Assembly: GCA_964016885.1 (NCBI GenBank)
Contig: OZ024743.1
Span: 130,386,001-130,450,000, forward strand
DNA length: 64,000 nucleotides
Direction of reading: 5' to 3'
From: Eledone cirrhosa
Taxonomy: Eukaryota
The notes under the pieces were generated by a model, which was not told the origin of the DNA, ran no database searches, and was given only the letters and a program-made list of their open reading frames with translations. Position 1 is the first letter of the stretch, and each line of letters opens with the position of its first letter. Positions 1 through 16,110 of this stretch are shown piece after piece. The position numbers and the translations under genes are program-made.

Positions 1-1559
1 CAAAGAGCAAACACCAAGCCCCAAGCACCAATCACCAAACACCAAACACCAAACAACAAACACTAAACAACAAACACCAAACAGCAAACACCAAACACCA
101 AATAGCAAACACCAAACACCAACCAGGAAACACCAAACAGCAAACACCAAACAGCAATCGCCAAACAGCAAACACAAACACCAAACACCAAACAGCAAGC
201 ACCAAGCACCAAGCACAAAACACCAAGCACCAGGCGCCAAGTACCAAACACCAAACACCAAACACCAAACAGCAAACACCAATCACCAAACACCAGACAC
301 CAAACACCAAACAGCAAACACCAAACACCAAACAGCAAACACCAAACACCAAACACCAAACAGCAAACACCAAACAGCAAACACCAAACACCAAACACCA
401 AACACCAAGCACCAAGCACCAAACACCAAGCACCAAGCAACAAACACCAATCACCAAGCACCAAGCACTAAAAACCAAACACCCAGCACCAAGCACCAAA
501 CACCAAACACGAAGCACCATGCACCAAGCACCAAGCACCAAACACCAAGCACCAAACACCAAGCACCAAGCACCAAGCACCAAGCACCAAGCACCAAACA
601 CCAAGCACCAAGCACCCAGAACAAAGCACCAAGCACCAAACACCAAACACCAAGCTCCAAGCACCAAACACCAAACACGAAGCACCATGCACCAAGCACC
701 AAGCACCAAACACCAAACACCAAGCACCAAGCACCAAACACCAAACACCAAGCACCAATCACCATACACCAAGCACCAAGCACCAAACACCAAACACCAA
801 GCACCAATCACCATACACCTAGCACCAAGCACCAAGCACCAAACACCAAGCACCAAACACCAAGCACCATGCACCAAGCACCAAGCACCAAGCACCAAAC
901 ACCAATCACCAAGCCCCAATCACCAAACACCAAGCACCAAGCACCAAACACCAAACACCAAGCACCAAGCACCCAGAACCAAGCACCAAGCACCAAACAC
1001 CAAAAACAAAGCACCAAGCACCAAACACCAAACACCAAGCACCAAGCACCAAGCACCAAGTACCAAACACCATACACCAAGCACCAAGCACCAAACACCA
1101 AAAACCAATCACCAAGCACCAAAGAGCAAACACCAAGCCCCAAGCACCAAACAACAAACACCAAACACCAAAAAGCAAACACTAAACACAAAACACCAAA
1201 CAGCAAACACAAAACACCAAATAGCAAACACCAAACACCAACCAGGAAACACCAAACAGCAAACACCAAACAGCAAACGCCAAACAGCAAACACAAACAC
1301 CAAACACCAAACACCAAGCACCAAGCACCAAGCACAAAACACCAAGCACCAAGCGCCAAGCACCAAACACCAAACACCAAACACCAAACAGCAAACACCA
1401 ATCACCAAACACCAGACACCAAACACCAAACAGCAAACACCAAACACCAAACAGCAAACACCAAACACCAAACACCAAACAGCAAACACGAAACAGCAAA
1501 CACCAAACAGCAAACACCAAACAGCAAACAGCAAACACCAAACTCCAAACACAAAGCAC

Positions 1560-4500
1560 CAAGCACCAAACACCAAGCACCAAGCAACAAGCACCAATCA
1601 CCAAGCACCAAGCACTAAACACCAAACACCTAGCACCAAGCACCAAGCACCAAACACCAAGCACCAAGCACCAAGCACCAAACACCAAGCACCAAAGACC
1701 AAGCCCCAAATACCAAGCACCAAGCACCAAACACTAATCACCAGGGACCAAGCACCAAACACCAAGAACCAAGCACCAAGCACTAAACACCAAACACCAA
1801 GCACCAAGCACCAAACACCAAACACCAAGCACCAAGTACCAAACTCCAAACACCAAACACCAAGCACCAAGCACCAAATCCCAAGCACCAAACACCAAGC
1901 ACCAATCACCAAACACCAAACACCAAGCGCCAAGCACCAAACACCAAGCACCAAGCACGAAACACCAAGCACCAAGCACCGAGCACCAAACACCAAGTAC
2001 CAAGCACCAATCACCAAACACCAAGCACCAAGCACCAAACACCAAACAGCAAGCACCAAGCACCAAGCACCAAACATAAAACAACAAGTACCAAGCACCA
2101 AACACCAAACACCAAACACCAAACACCAAGCACAAAGCACCAAACACCAAACACCAAGCACCAAGCACCAGACACCAAGCACCAAGCACCAAGCACCAAG
2201 CACCAAAAACCAAGCACCAAGCTCCAAGGACCAAACACCAAGCACCAAACACCAAACACAAAGCACCAAGCACCAAACACCAAACACCAAGCACCAAGCA
2301 CCAAACACCATACACCAAGCACCAATCACCAAACACCAAGCACCAAGCGCCAAACACCAAACACCAAACACCTAGCACCAAGCAGCAAGCACCGAACACC
2401 AAGCACCAAACACCAAGCACCAAGCACCAAGCACCAAGCACCAAACACCAATCACCAAGCCCCAAGCACCAAACACCAAGCACCAAGACCCAAACACCAA
2501 ACACCAAGCACCATGCACCCAGAACCAAGCACCAAGCACCAAACACCAAACACCAAGCACCAAGCACCAAACACCAAACACCAAGCACCAAGCACCAAAC
2601 ACTATACACCAAGCACCAAGCACCAAACACCAAAAAACAATCACCAAGCACCAAAGAGCAAACACCAAGCCCCAAGCACCAAACACCAAACACCAAACAC
2701 CAAAAAGCAAACACTAAACACAAAACACCAAACAGCAAACACCAAACACCAAATAGCAAACACCAAACACCAACCAGGAAACAGCAAACACCAAACAGCA
2801 AACGCCAAACAGCAAACACAAACACCAAACACCAAACACCAAGCACCAAGCACCAAGCACAAAACACCAAGCACCAAGCGCCAAGCACCAAACACCAAAC
2901 ACCAAACACCAAACAGCAAACACCAATCACCAAACACCAGACACCAAACACCAAACAGCAAACACCAAACACCAAACAGCAAACACCAAACACCAAACAC
3001 CAAACAGCAAACACGAAACAGCAAACACCAAACAGCAAACACCAAACAGCAAACACCAAACAGCAAACAGCAAACACCAAACTCCAAACACAAAGCACCA
3101 AGCACCAAACACCAAGCACCAAGCAACAAGCACCAATCACCAAGCACCAAGCACTAAACACCAAACACCTAGCACCAAGCACCAAGCACCAAACACTAAT
3201 CACCAGGGACCAAGCACCAAACACCAAGAACCAAGCACCAAGCACTAAACACCAAACACCAAACACCAAACACGAAACACCAAGCACCAAATACCAAACT
3301 CCAAACACCAAACACCAAGCACCAAGCACCAAATCCCAAGCACCAAACACCAAGCACCAATCACCAAACACCAAACACCAAGCGCCAAGCACCAAACACC
3401 AAGCACCAAGCACGAAACACCAAGCACCAAGCACCGAGCACCAAACACCAAGTACCAAGCACCAATCACCAAACACCAAGCACCAAGCACCAAACACCAA
3501 ACAGCAAGCACCAAGCACCAAGCACCAAACATAAAACAACAAGTACCAAGCACCAAACACCAAACACCAAACACCAAACACCAAGCACAAAGCACCAAAC
3601 ACCAAACACCAAGCACCAAGCACCAGACACCAAGCACCAAGCACCAAGCACCAAGCACCAAAAACCAAGCACCAAGCTCCAAGGACCAAACACCAAGCAC
3701 CAAACACCAAACACAAAGCACCAAGCACCAAACACCAAACACCAAGCACCAAGCACCAAACACCAAACACCAAGCACCAATCACCAAACACCAAGCACCA
3801 AACGCCAAACACCAAACACCAAACACCTAGCACCAAGCACCAAGCACCGAACACCAAGCACCAAACACCAAGCACCAAGCACCAAACACCAAGCACCAAG
3901 ACCCAAACACCAAACACCAAGCACCATGCACCCAGAACCAAGCACCAAGCACCAAACACCAAACACCAAGCACCAAGCACCAAACACCAAACACCAAGCA
4001 CCAAGCACCAAGCACCAAGCACCAAATACCATACACCAAGTACCAAGCACCAAACACCAAAAACCAATCACCAAGCACCAAAGAGCAAACACCAAGCCCC
4101 AAGCACCAAACACCAAACACCAAACACCAAAAAGCAAACACTAAACACAAAACACCAAACAGCAAACACCAAACACCAAATAGCAAACACCAAACACCAA
4201 CCAGCAAACACCAAACAGCAAACGCCAAACAGCAAACACAAACACCAAACAACAAACACCAAGCACCAAGCACCAAGCACAAAACACCAAGCACCAAGCG
4301 CCAAGCACCAAACACCAAACACCAAACACCAAACAGCAAACACCAATCACCAAACACCAGACACCAAACACCAAACAGCAAACACCAAACACCAAACAGC
4401 AAACACCAAACACCAAACACCAAACAGCAAACACGAAACAGCAAACACCAAACAGCAAACACCAAACAGCAAACACCAAACAGCAAACAGCAAACATCAA

Positions 4501-7500
4501 ACTCCAAACACCAAGCATCAAGCACCAAACACCAAGCACCAAGCAACAAGCACCAATCACCAAGCACCAAGCACTAAACACCAAACACCTAGCACCAAGC
4601 ACCAAGCACCAAACACCAAGCACCAAGCACCAAGCACCAAACACCAAGCACCAAAGACCAAGCCCCAAATACCAAGCACCAAGCACCAAACACTAATCAC
4701 CAGGGACCAAGCACCAAACACCAAGAACCAAGCACCAAGCACTAAACACCAAACACCAAGCACCAAGCACCAAACACCAAACACCAAGCACCAAGTACCA
4801 AACTCCAAACACCAAACACCAAGCACCAAGCACCAAATCCCAAGCACCAAACACCAAGCACCAATCACCAAACACCAAACACCAAGCGCCAAGCACCAAA
4901 CACCAAGCACCAAGCACGAAACACCAAGCACCAAGCACCGAGCACCAAACACCAAGTACCAAGCACCAATCACCAAACACCAAGCACCAAGCACCAAACA
5001 CCAAACAGCAAGCACCAAGCACCAAGCACCAAACATAAAACAACAAGTACCAAGCACCAAACACCAAACACCAAACACCAAACACCAAGCACAAAGCACC
5101 AAACACCAAACACCAAGCACCAAGCACCAGACACCAAGCACCAAGCACCAAGCACCAAGCACCAAAAACCAAGCACCAAGCTCCAAGGACCAAACACCAA
5201 GCACCAAACACCAAACACAAAGCACCAAGCACCAAACACCAAACACCAAGCACCAAGCACCAAACACCATACACCAAGCACCAATCACCAAACACCAAGC
5301 ACCAAGCGCCAAACACCAAACACCAAACACCTAGCACCAAGCAGCAAGCACCGAACACCAAGCACCAAACACCAAGCACCAAGCACCAAGCACCAAGCAC
5401 CAAACACCAATCACCAAGCCCCAAGCACCAAACACCAAGCACCAAGACCCAAACACCAAACACCAAGCACCATGCACCCAGAACCAAGCACCAAGCACCA
5501 AACACCAAACACCAAGCACCAAGCACCAAACACCAAACACCAAGCACCAAGCACCAAACACTATACACCAAGCACCAAGCACCAAACACCAAAAAACAAT
5601 CACCAAGCACCAAAGAGCAAACACCAAGCCCCAAGCACCAAACACCAAACACCAAACACCAAAAAGCAAACACTAAACACAAAACACCAAACAGCAAACA
5701 CCAAACACCAAATAGCAAACACCAAACACCAACCAGGAAACAGCAAACACCAAACAGCAAACGCCAAACAGCAAACACAAACACCAAACACCAAACACCA
5801 AGCACCAAGCACCAAGCACAAAACACCAAGCACCAAGCGCCAAGCACCAAACACCAAACACCAAACACCAAACAGCAAACACCAATCACCAAACACCAGA
5901 CACCAAACACCAAACAGCAAACACCAAACACCAAACAGCAAACACCAAACACCAAACACCAAACAGCAAACACGAAACAGCAAACACCAAACAGCAAACA
6001 CCAAACAGCAAACACCAAACAGCAAACAGCAAACACCAAACTCCAAACACAAAGCACCAAGCACCAAACACCAAGCACCAAGCAACAAGCACCAATCACC
6101 AAGCACCAAGCACTAAACACCAAACACCTAGCACCAAGCACCAAGCACCAAACACTAATCACCAGGGACCAAGCACCAAACACCAAGAACCAAGCACCAA
6201 GCACTAAACACCAAACACCAAACACCAAACACGAAACACCAAGCACCAAATACCAAACTCCAAACACCAAACACCAAGCACCAAGCACCAAATCCCAAGC
6301 ACCAAACACCAAGCACCAATCACCAAACACCAAACACCAAGCGCCAAGCACCAAACACCAAGCACCAAGCACGAAACACCAAGCACCAAGCACCGAGCAC
6401 CAAACACCAAGTACCAAGCACCAATCACCAAACACCAAGCACCAAGCACCAAACACCAAACAGCAAGCACCAAGCACCAAGCACCAAACATAAAACAACA
6501 AGTACCAAGCACCAAACACCAAACACCAAACACCAAACACCAAGCACAAAGCACCAAACACCAAACACCAAGCACCAAGCACCAGACACCAAGCACCAAG
6601 CACCAAGCACCAAGCACCAAAAACCAAGCACCAAGCTCCAAGGACCAAACACCAAGCACCAAACACCAAACACAAAGCACCAAGCACCAAACACCAAACA
6701 CCAAGCACCAAGCACCAAACACCAAACACCAAGCACCAATCACCAAACACCAAGCACCAAACGCCAAACACCAAACACCAAACACCTAGCACCAAGCACC
6801 AAGCACCGAACACCAAGCACCAAACACCAAGCACCAAGCACCAAACACCAAGCACCAAGACCCAAACACCAAACACCAAGCACCATGCACCCAGAACCAA
6901 GCACCAAGCACCAAACACCAAACACCAAGCACCAAGCACCAAACACCAAACACCAAGCACCAAGCACCAAGCACCAAGCACCAAATACCATACACCAAGT
7001 ACCAAGCACCAAACACCAAAAACCAATCACCAAGCACCAAAGAGCAAACACCAAGCCCCAAGCACCAAACACCAAACACCAAACACCAAAAAGCAAACAC
7101 TAAACACAAAACACCAAACAGCAAACACCAAACACCAAATAGCAAACACCAAACACCAACCAGCAAACACCAAACAGCAAACGCCAAACAGCAAACACAA
7201 ACACCAAACAACAAACACCAAGCACCAAGCACCAAGCACAAAACACCAAGCACCAAGCGCCAAGCACCAAACACCAAACACCAAACACCAAACAGCAAAC
7301 ACCAATCACCAAACACCAGACACCAAACACCAAACAGCAAACACCAAACACCAAACAGCAAACACCAAACACCAAACACCAAACAGCAAACACGAAACAG
7401 CAAACACCAAACAGCAAACACCAAACAGCAAACACCAAACAGCAAACAGCAAACATCAAACTCCAAACACCAAGCATCAAGCACCAAACACCAAGCACCA

Positions 7501-7694
7501 AGCAACAAGCACCAATCACCAAGCACCAAGCACTAAACACCAAACACCTAGCACCAAGCACCAAGCACCAAACACCAAGCACCAAGCACCAAGCACCAAA
7601 CACCAAGCACCAAAGACCAAGCCCCAAATACCAAGCACCAAGCACCAAACACTAATCACCAGGGACCAAGCACCAAACACCAAGAACCAAGCAC
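1560..7694 (+). repeat. Near-exact tandem duplication, period 2959 bp (a dimer of 1532 + 1427 bp HORs), ~2.07 copies
   Basis: ORF-track translations recur identically at +2959 (1734..4067 = 4693..7026; 2513 = 5472; 4141..4689 = 7100..7648). Boundaries are approximate. Confidence 0.93.
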
Positions 7695-10080
7695 CAAACA
7701 CTAAACACCAAACACCAAGCACCAAGCACCAAACACCAAACACCAAGCACGAAGTACCAAACTCCAAACACCAAACACCAAGCACCAAGCACCAAATCCC
7801 AAGCACCAAACACCAAGCACCAATCACCAAACACCAAACACCAAGCGCCAAGCACCAAACACCAAGCACCAAGCACGAAACACCAAGCACCAAGCACTGA
7901 GCACCAAACACCAAGTACCAAGCACCAATCACCAAACACCAAGCACCAAGCACCAAACACCAAACAGCAAGCACCAAGCACCAAGCACCAAACATAAAAC
8001 AACAAGTACCAAGCACCAAACACCAAACACCAAACACCAAACACCAAGCACAAAGCACCAAACACCAAACACCAAGCACCAAGCACCAGACACCAAGCAC
8101 CAAGCACCAAGCACCAAGCACCAAAAACCAAGCACCAAGCTCCAAGGACCAAACACCAAGCACAAAACACCAAACACAAAGCACCAAGCACCAAACACCA
8201 AACACCAAGCACCAAGCACCAAACACCAAACACCAAGCACCAATCACCAAACACCAAGCACCAAGCGCCAAACACCAAACACCAAAAAACCTAGCACCAA
8301 GCACCAAGCACCGAACACCAAGCACCAAACACCAAGCACCAAGCACCAAGCACCAAGCACCAAGCACCAAACACCAATCACCAAGCCCCAAGCACCAAAC
8401 ACCAAGCACCAAGACCCAAACACCAGAAACCAAGCACCATGCACCCAGAACCAAGCACCAAGCACCAAACACCAAACACCAAGCACCAAGCACCAAACAC
8501 CAAACACCAAGCACCAAGCACCAAGCACCAAGCACCAAACACCATACACCAAGCACCAAGCACCAAACACCAAAAACCAATCACCAAGCACCAAAGAGCA
8601 AACACCAAGCCCCAAGCACCAATCACCAAACACCAAACACCAAACAACAAACACTAAACAACAAACACCAAACAGCAAACACCAAACACCAAATAGCAAA
8701 CACCAAACACCAACCAGGAAACACCAAACAGCAAACACCAAACAGCAATCGCCAAACAGCAAACACAAACACCAAACACCAAACAGCAAGCACCAATCAC
8801 CAAGCACCAAGCACTAAACACCAAACACCTAGCACCAAGCACCAAGCACCAAACACCAAGCACCAAGCACCAAGCACCAAACACCAAGCACCAAAGACCA
8901 AGCCCCAAATACCAAGCACCAAGCACCAAACACTAATCACCAGGGACCAAGCACCAAACACCAAGAACCAAGCACCAAACACTAAACACCAAACACCAAG
9001 CACCAAGCACCAAACACCAAACACCAAGCACGAAGTACCAAACTCCAAACACCAAACACCAAGCACCAAGCACCAAGCACCAAATCCCAAGCACCAAACA
9101 CCAAGCACCAATCACCAAACACCAAACACCAAGCGCCAAGCACCAAACACCAAGCACCAAGCACGAAACACCAAGCACCAAGCACTGAGCACCAAACACC
9201 AAGTACCAAGCACCAATCACCAAACACCAAGCACCAAGCACCAAACACCAAACAGCAAGCACCAAGCACCAAGCACCAAACATAAAACAACAAGTACCAA
9301 GCACCAAACACCAAACACCAAACACCAAACACCAAGCACAAAGCACCAAACACCAAACACCAAGCACCAAGCACCAGACACCAAGCACCAAGCACCAAGC
9401 ACCAAGCACCAAAAACCAAGCACCAAGCTCCAAGGACCAAACACCAAGCACAAAACACCAAACACAAAGCACCAAGCACCAAACACCAAACACCAAGCAC
9501 CAAGCACCAAACACCAAACACCAAGCACCAATCACCAAACACCAAGCACCAAGCGCCAAACACCAAACACCAAAAAACCTAGCACCAAGCACCAAGCACC
9601 GAACACCAAGCACCAAACACCAAGCACCAAGCACCAAGCACCAAGCACCAAGCACCAAACACCAATCACCAAGCCCCAAGCACCAAACACCAAGCACCAA
9701 GACCCAAACACCAGAAACCAAGCACCATGCACCCAGAACCAAGCACCAAGCACCAAACACCAAACACCAAGCACCAAGCACCAAACACCAAACACCAAGC
9801 ACCAAGCACCAAGCACCAAGCACCAAACACCATACACCAAGCACCAAGCACCAAACACCAAAAACCAATCACCAAGCACCAAAGAGCAAACACCAAGCCC
9901 CAAGCACCAATCACCAAACACCAAACACCAAACAACAAACACTAAACAACAAACAACAAACAGCAAACACCAAACACCAAATAGCAAACACCAAACACCA
10001 ACCAGGAAACACCAAACAGCAAACACCAAACAGCAATCGCCAAACAGCAAACACAAACACCAAACACCAAACAGCAAGCA
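7510..10080 (+). repeat. Tandem duplication, period 1281-1288 bp
   Basis: ORF pairs 7929/9217, 8378/9666 and 8439/9727 are offset by 1288, and 7652/8933 by 1281 (one extra monomer near 9065). Both copies share CACTGAG, CACGAAGTACC and CCAAAAAACCTAG. Confidence 0.88.
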
Positions 10081-10699
10081 CCAAGCACCAAGCACAAAAC
10101 ACCAAGCACCAGGCGCCAAGTACCAAACACCAAACACCAAACACCAAACAGCAAACACCAATCACCAAACATCAGACACCAAACACCAAACAGCAAACAC
10201 CAAACACCAAACAGCAAACACCAAACACCAAACACCAAACAGCAAACACCAAACAGCAAACACCAAACACCAAACACCAAACACCAAGCACCAAGCACCA
10301 AACACCAAGCACCAAGCAACAAACACCAATCACCAAGCACCAAGCACTAAAAACCAAACACCCAGCACCAAGCACCAAGTACCAAAGACCAAGCACCAAG
10401 CACCAAGCACCAAACACCAAGCACCAAAGACCAAGCCCCAAATACCAAGCACCAAGCACCAAACACCAATCACCAGGCACCAAGCACCAAACACCAAGAA
10501 CCAAGCACCAAGCACTAAACACCAAATACCAAGCACCAAGCACCAAACTCCAAACACCAAGCACCAAGTACCAAACTCCAAACACCAAACACCAAGCACC
10601 AAGCACCAAATCCCAAGCACCAAACACCAAGCACCAATCACCAAACACCAAACACCAAGCACCAAGCACCAAACACCAAAAACCAAGCACCAAGCACCA

Positions 10700-13600
10700 A
10701 GCACCAAACACCAAACGCCAATCACCGAACACCAAGTACCAAGTGCCAAACACCAAGCACCAAGCGCCAAAGACCAAACACCAGGCACCAAGCACGAAAC
10801 ACCAAGCACCAAGCACCAAACACCAAGAACCAAGCACCAAACACCAGACAGCAAGCACCAAGCACCAAACACCATGCACCCAGAACCAAGCACCAAGCAC
10901 CAAACACCAAACACCAAGCACCAAGCACCAAACACCAAACACCAAGCACCAAGCACCAAGCACCAAGCACCAAACACCATACACCAAGCACCAAGCACCA
11001 AACACCAAAAACCAATCACCAAGCACCAAAGAGCAAACACCAAGCCCCAAGCACCAAACACCAAACACCAAACACCAAACAACAAACACTAAACACCAAA
11101 CAACAAACAGCAAACACCAAACACCAAATAGCAAACACCAAACACCAACCAGGAAACACCAAACAGCAAACGCCAAACAGCAAACACAAACACCAAACAC
11201 CAAACACCAAGCACCAAGCACCAAGCACAACACACCAAGCACCAAGCGCCAAGCACCAAACACCAAACACCAAACACCAAACAGCAAACACCAATCACCA
11301 AATACCAGACACCAAACACCAAACAGCAAACACCAAACACCAAACACCAAACAGCAAACACGAAACAGCAAACACCAAACAGCAGACACCAAACAGCAAA
11401 CACCAAACAGCAAACACCAAACACCAAACACCAAACACCAAGCACCAACCACCAAACACCAAGCACCAAGCAACAAACACCAATCACCAAGCACCGAGCA
11501 CTAAAAACCAAACATCTAGCACCAAGCACCAAGCACCAAATACCAAGCACCAAGCACCAAGCACCAAACACCAAGCACCAAAGACCAAGCCCCAAATACC
11601 AAGCACCAAGCACCAAACACCAATCACCAGGCACCAAGCACCAAACACCAAGAACCAAGCACCAAGCACTAAACACCAAATACCAAGCACCAAGCACCAA
11701 ACACCAAACACCAAGCACCAAGTACCAAACTCCAAACACCAAACACCAAGCACCAAGCACCAAATCCCAAGCACCAAACACCAAGCACCAATCACCAAAC
11801 ACCAAACACCAAGCACCAAGCACCAAACACCAAAAACCAAGCACCAAGCACCAAGCACCAAACACCTAACGCCAAACACCGAAAACCAAGTACCAAGCAC
11901 CAAACACCAAGCACCAAGCGTCAAAGACCAAACACCTAGCACCAAGCACGAAACACCAAGCACCAAGCACCGAGCACCAAACACCAAGTACCAGGCACCA
12001 ATCACCAAACACCAAGAACCAAGCACCAAACACCAGACAGCAAGCACCAAGCACCAAACACCAAACTCCAAGCACCAAGCACCAAACACCAAGCACCAAG
12101 CGCCAAAGACCAAACACCAGGCACCAAGCACGAAACACCAAGCACCAAGCACCAAACACCAAGAACCAAGCACCAAACACCAGACAGCAAGCACCAAGCA
12201 CCAAACACCAAACACCAAGCACCAAGCACCAAACACCAAGCACCAAGCGCCAAACACCAAACACCAAGCACCAAGCACCAAACACCAAGCACCAACCACC
12301 AAGCACCAAACACCAAGCACCAAGCACCAAACACCAAACACCAAACACCTAGCACCAAGCACCAAGCACCAAACACCAAGCACCAAACACCAAGCACCAA
12401 GCACCAAGCACCAAGCACCAAGCACCAAACACCAATCACCAAGCCCCAAGCACCAAACACCAAGCACCCAGCACCATACACCAAACACCAAGCACCAAGC
12501 ACCCAGAACAAAGCACCAAGCACCAAACACCAAACACCAAACACCAAACACCAAGCACCAAGCACCAGACACCAAGCACCAAGCACCAAGCACCAAGCAC
12601 CAAAGACCAAGCACCAAGCTCCAAGCACCAAACACCAAGCACCAAACACCAAACACCAAGCACCAAGCACCAAACACCAAGCACCAAGCGCCAAACAGCA
12701 AACTCCAAGCACCAAGCACCAAACACCAAGCACCAACCACCAAGCACCAAACACCAAGCACCAGGCACCAAGCACCAAGCACCAAGCACCAAACACCAAG
12801 CACCAAGCACCAAACAGCAAACACCAAGCACCAAACACCAAACACCAAGCACCAAGCAACAAACACCAAACACCAAGCACCAAACACCAATCACCAAGCC
12901 CCAAGCACCAAACACCAAGCACCAAGCACCAAACACCAAGCACCAAGCACCAAGCACCATGCACCAAACACCAAGCACCAAGCACCAAACAGCAAACACC
13001 AAACAGCAAACACCAAACAGCAAACACCAAACAGCAAACGCCAAAAAGCAAACGCCAAACTCCAAACGCCAAACAGCAAATGCCAAACCCCAAACGCCAA
13101 TCAGCAAACGCCAAGCACCAAACACCAAACACCAAGCGCCAAGCACCAAACACCAAACACCAAGCACCAAGCACCAAACACCAAACACCAAGCACCAAGT
13201 ACCAAACACCAAGCACCAAGCACCAAACACCAAACAGCAAGCACCAAGCACCAAACACCAAACACCAAGTACCAAGCCCAAAGCACCAAACACCAAGCAC
13301 CTAGCAGCAAGCCCCAAACACCAAACACCAAGCACCAAGCACCAAGCACCAAGCACCAAGCACCAAGCACCAAGCACCAAACACCAATCACCAAGCCCCA
13401 AGCACCAAACACCAAACGCCAATCACCGAACACCAAGTACCAAGTGCCAAACACCAAGCACCAAGCGCCAAAGACCAAACACCAGGCACCAAGCACGAAA
13501 CACCAAGCACCAAGCACCAAACACCAAGAACCAAGCACCAAACACCAGACAGCAAGCACCAAGCACCAAACACCATGCACCCAGAACCAAGCACCAAGCA

Positions 13601-16110
13601 CCAAACACCAAACACCAAGCACCAAGCACCAAACACCAAACACCAAGCACCAAGCACCAAGCACCAAGCACCAAACACCATACACCAAGCACCAAGCACC
13701 AAACACCAAAAACCAATCACCAAGCACCAAAGAGCAAACACCAAGCCCCAAGCACCAAACACCAAACACCAAACACCAAACAACAAACACTAAACACCAA
13801 ACAACAAACAGCAAACACCAAACACCAAATAGCAAACACCAAACACCAACCAGGAAACACCAAACAGCAAACGCCAAACAGCAAACACAAACACCAAACA
13901 CCAAACACCAAGCACCAAGCACCAAGCACAACACACCAAGCACCAAGCGCCAAGCACCAAACACCAAACACCAAACACCAAACAGCAAACACCAATCACC
14001 AAATACCAGACACCAAACACCAAACAGCAAACACCAAACACCAAACACCAAACAGCAAACACGAAACAGCAAACACCAAACAGCAGACACCAAACAGCAA
14101 ACACCAAACAGCAAACACCAAACACCAAACACCAAACACCAAGCACCAACCACCAAACACCAAGCACCAAGCAACAAACACCAATCACCAAGCACCGAGC
14201 ACTAAAAACCAAACATCTAGCACCAAGCACCAAGCACCAAATACCAAGCACCAAGCACCAAGCACCAAACACCAAGCACCAAAGACCAAGCCCCAAATAC
14301 CAAGCACCAAGCACCAAACACCAATCACCAGGCACCAAGCACCAAACACCAAGAACCAAGCACCAAGCACTAAACACCAAATACCAAGCACCAAGCACCA
14401 AACACCAAACACCAAGCACCAAGTACCAAACTCCAAACACCAAACACCAAGCACCAAGCACCAAATCCCAAGCACCAAACACCAAGCACCAATCACCAAA
14501 CACCAAACACCAAGCACCAAGCACCAAACACCAAAAACCAAGCACCAAGCACCAAGCACCAAACACCTAACGCCAAACACCGAAAACCAAGTACCAAGCA
14601 CCAAACACCAAGCACCAAGCGTCAAAGACCAAACACCTAGCACCAAGCACGAAACACCAAGCACCAAGCACCGAGCACCAAACACCAAGTACCAGGCACC
14701 AATCACCAAACACCAAGAACCAAGCACCAAACACCAGACAGCAAGCACCAAGCACCAAACACCAAACTCCAAGCACCAAGCACCAAACACCAAGCACCAA
14801 GCGCCAAAGACCAAACACCAGGCACCAAGCACGAAACACCAAGCACCAAGCACCAAACACCAAGAACCAAGCACCAAACACCAGACAGCAAGCACCAAGC
14901 ACCAAACACCAAACACCAAGCACCAAGCACCAAACACCAAGCACCAAGCGCCAAACACCAAACACCAAGCACCAAGCACCAAACACCAAGCACCAACCAC
15001 CAAGCACCAAACACCAAGCACCAAGCACCAAACACCAAACACCAAACACCTAGCACCAAGCACCAAGCACCAAACACCAAGCACCAAACACCAAGCACCA
15101 AGCACCAAGCACCAAGCACCAAGCACCAAACACCAATCACCAAGCCCCAAGCACCAAACACCAAGCACCCAGCACCATACACCAAACACCAAGCACCAAG
15201 CACCCAGAACAAAGCACCAAGCACCAAACACCAAACACCAAACACCAAACACCAAGCACCAAGCACCAGACACCAAGCACCAAGCACCAAGCACCAAGCA
15301 CCAAAGACCAAGCACCAAGCTCCAAGCACCAAACACCAAGCACCAAACACCAAACACCAAGCACCAAGCACCAAACACCAAGCACCAAGCGCCAAACAGC
15401 AAACTCCAAGCACCAAGCACCAAACACCAAGCACCAACCACCAAGCACCAAACACCAAGCACCAGGCACCAAGCACCAAGCACCAAGCACCAAACACCAA
15501 GCACCAAGCACCAAACAGCAAACACCAAGCACCAAACACCAAACACCAAGCACCAAGCAACAAACACCAAACACCAAGCACCAAACACCAATCACCAAGC
15601 CCCAAGCACCAAACACCAAGCACCAAGCACCAAACACCAAGCACCAAGCACCAAGCACCATGCACCAAACACCAAGCACCAAGCACCAAACAGCAAACAC
15701 CAAACAGCAAACACCAAACAGCAAACACCAAACAGCAAACGCCAAAAAGCAAACGCCAAACTCCAAACGCCAAACAGCAAATGCCAAACCCCAAACGCCA
15801 ATCAGCAAACGCCAAGCACCAAACACCAAACACCAAGCGCCAAGCACCAAACACCAAACACCAAGCACCAAGCACCAAACACCAAACACCAAGCACCAAG
15901 TACCAAACACCAAGCACCAAGCACCAAACACCAAACAGCAAGCACCAAGCACCAAACACCAAACACCAAGTACCAAGCCCAAAGCACCAAACACCAAGCA
16001 CCTAGCAGCAAGCCCCAAACACCAAACACCAAGCACCAAGCACCAAGCACCAAGCACCAAGCACCAAGCACCAAGCACCAAACACCAATCACCAAGCCCC
16101 AAGCACCAAA
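10700..16110 (+). repeat. Near-exact tandem duplication, period 2701 bp
   Basis: ORF pairs 10743/13444, 11484/14185, 12002/14703 and 13080/15781 are all offset by 2701. The marker GCGTCAAAG is at 11918 and 14619. Confidence 0.93.
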
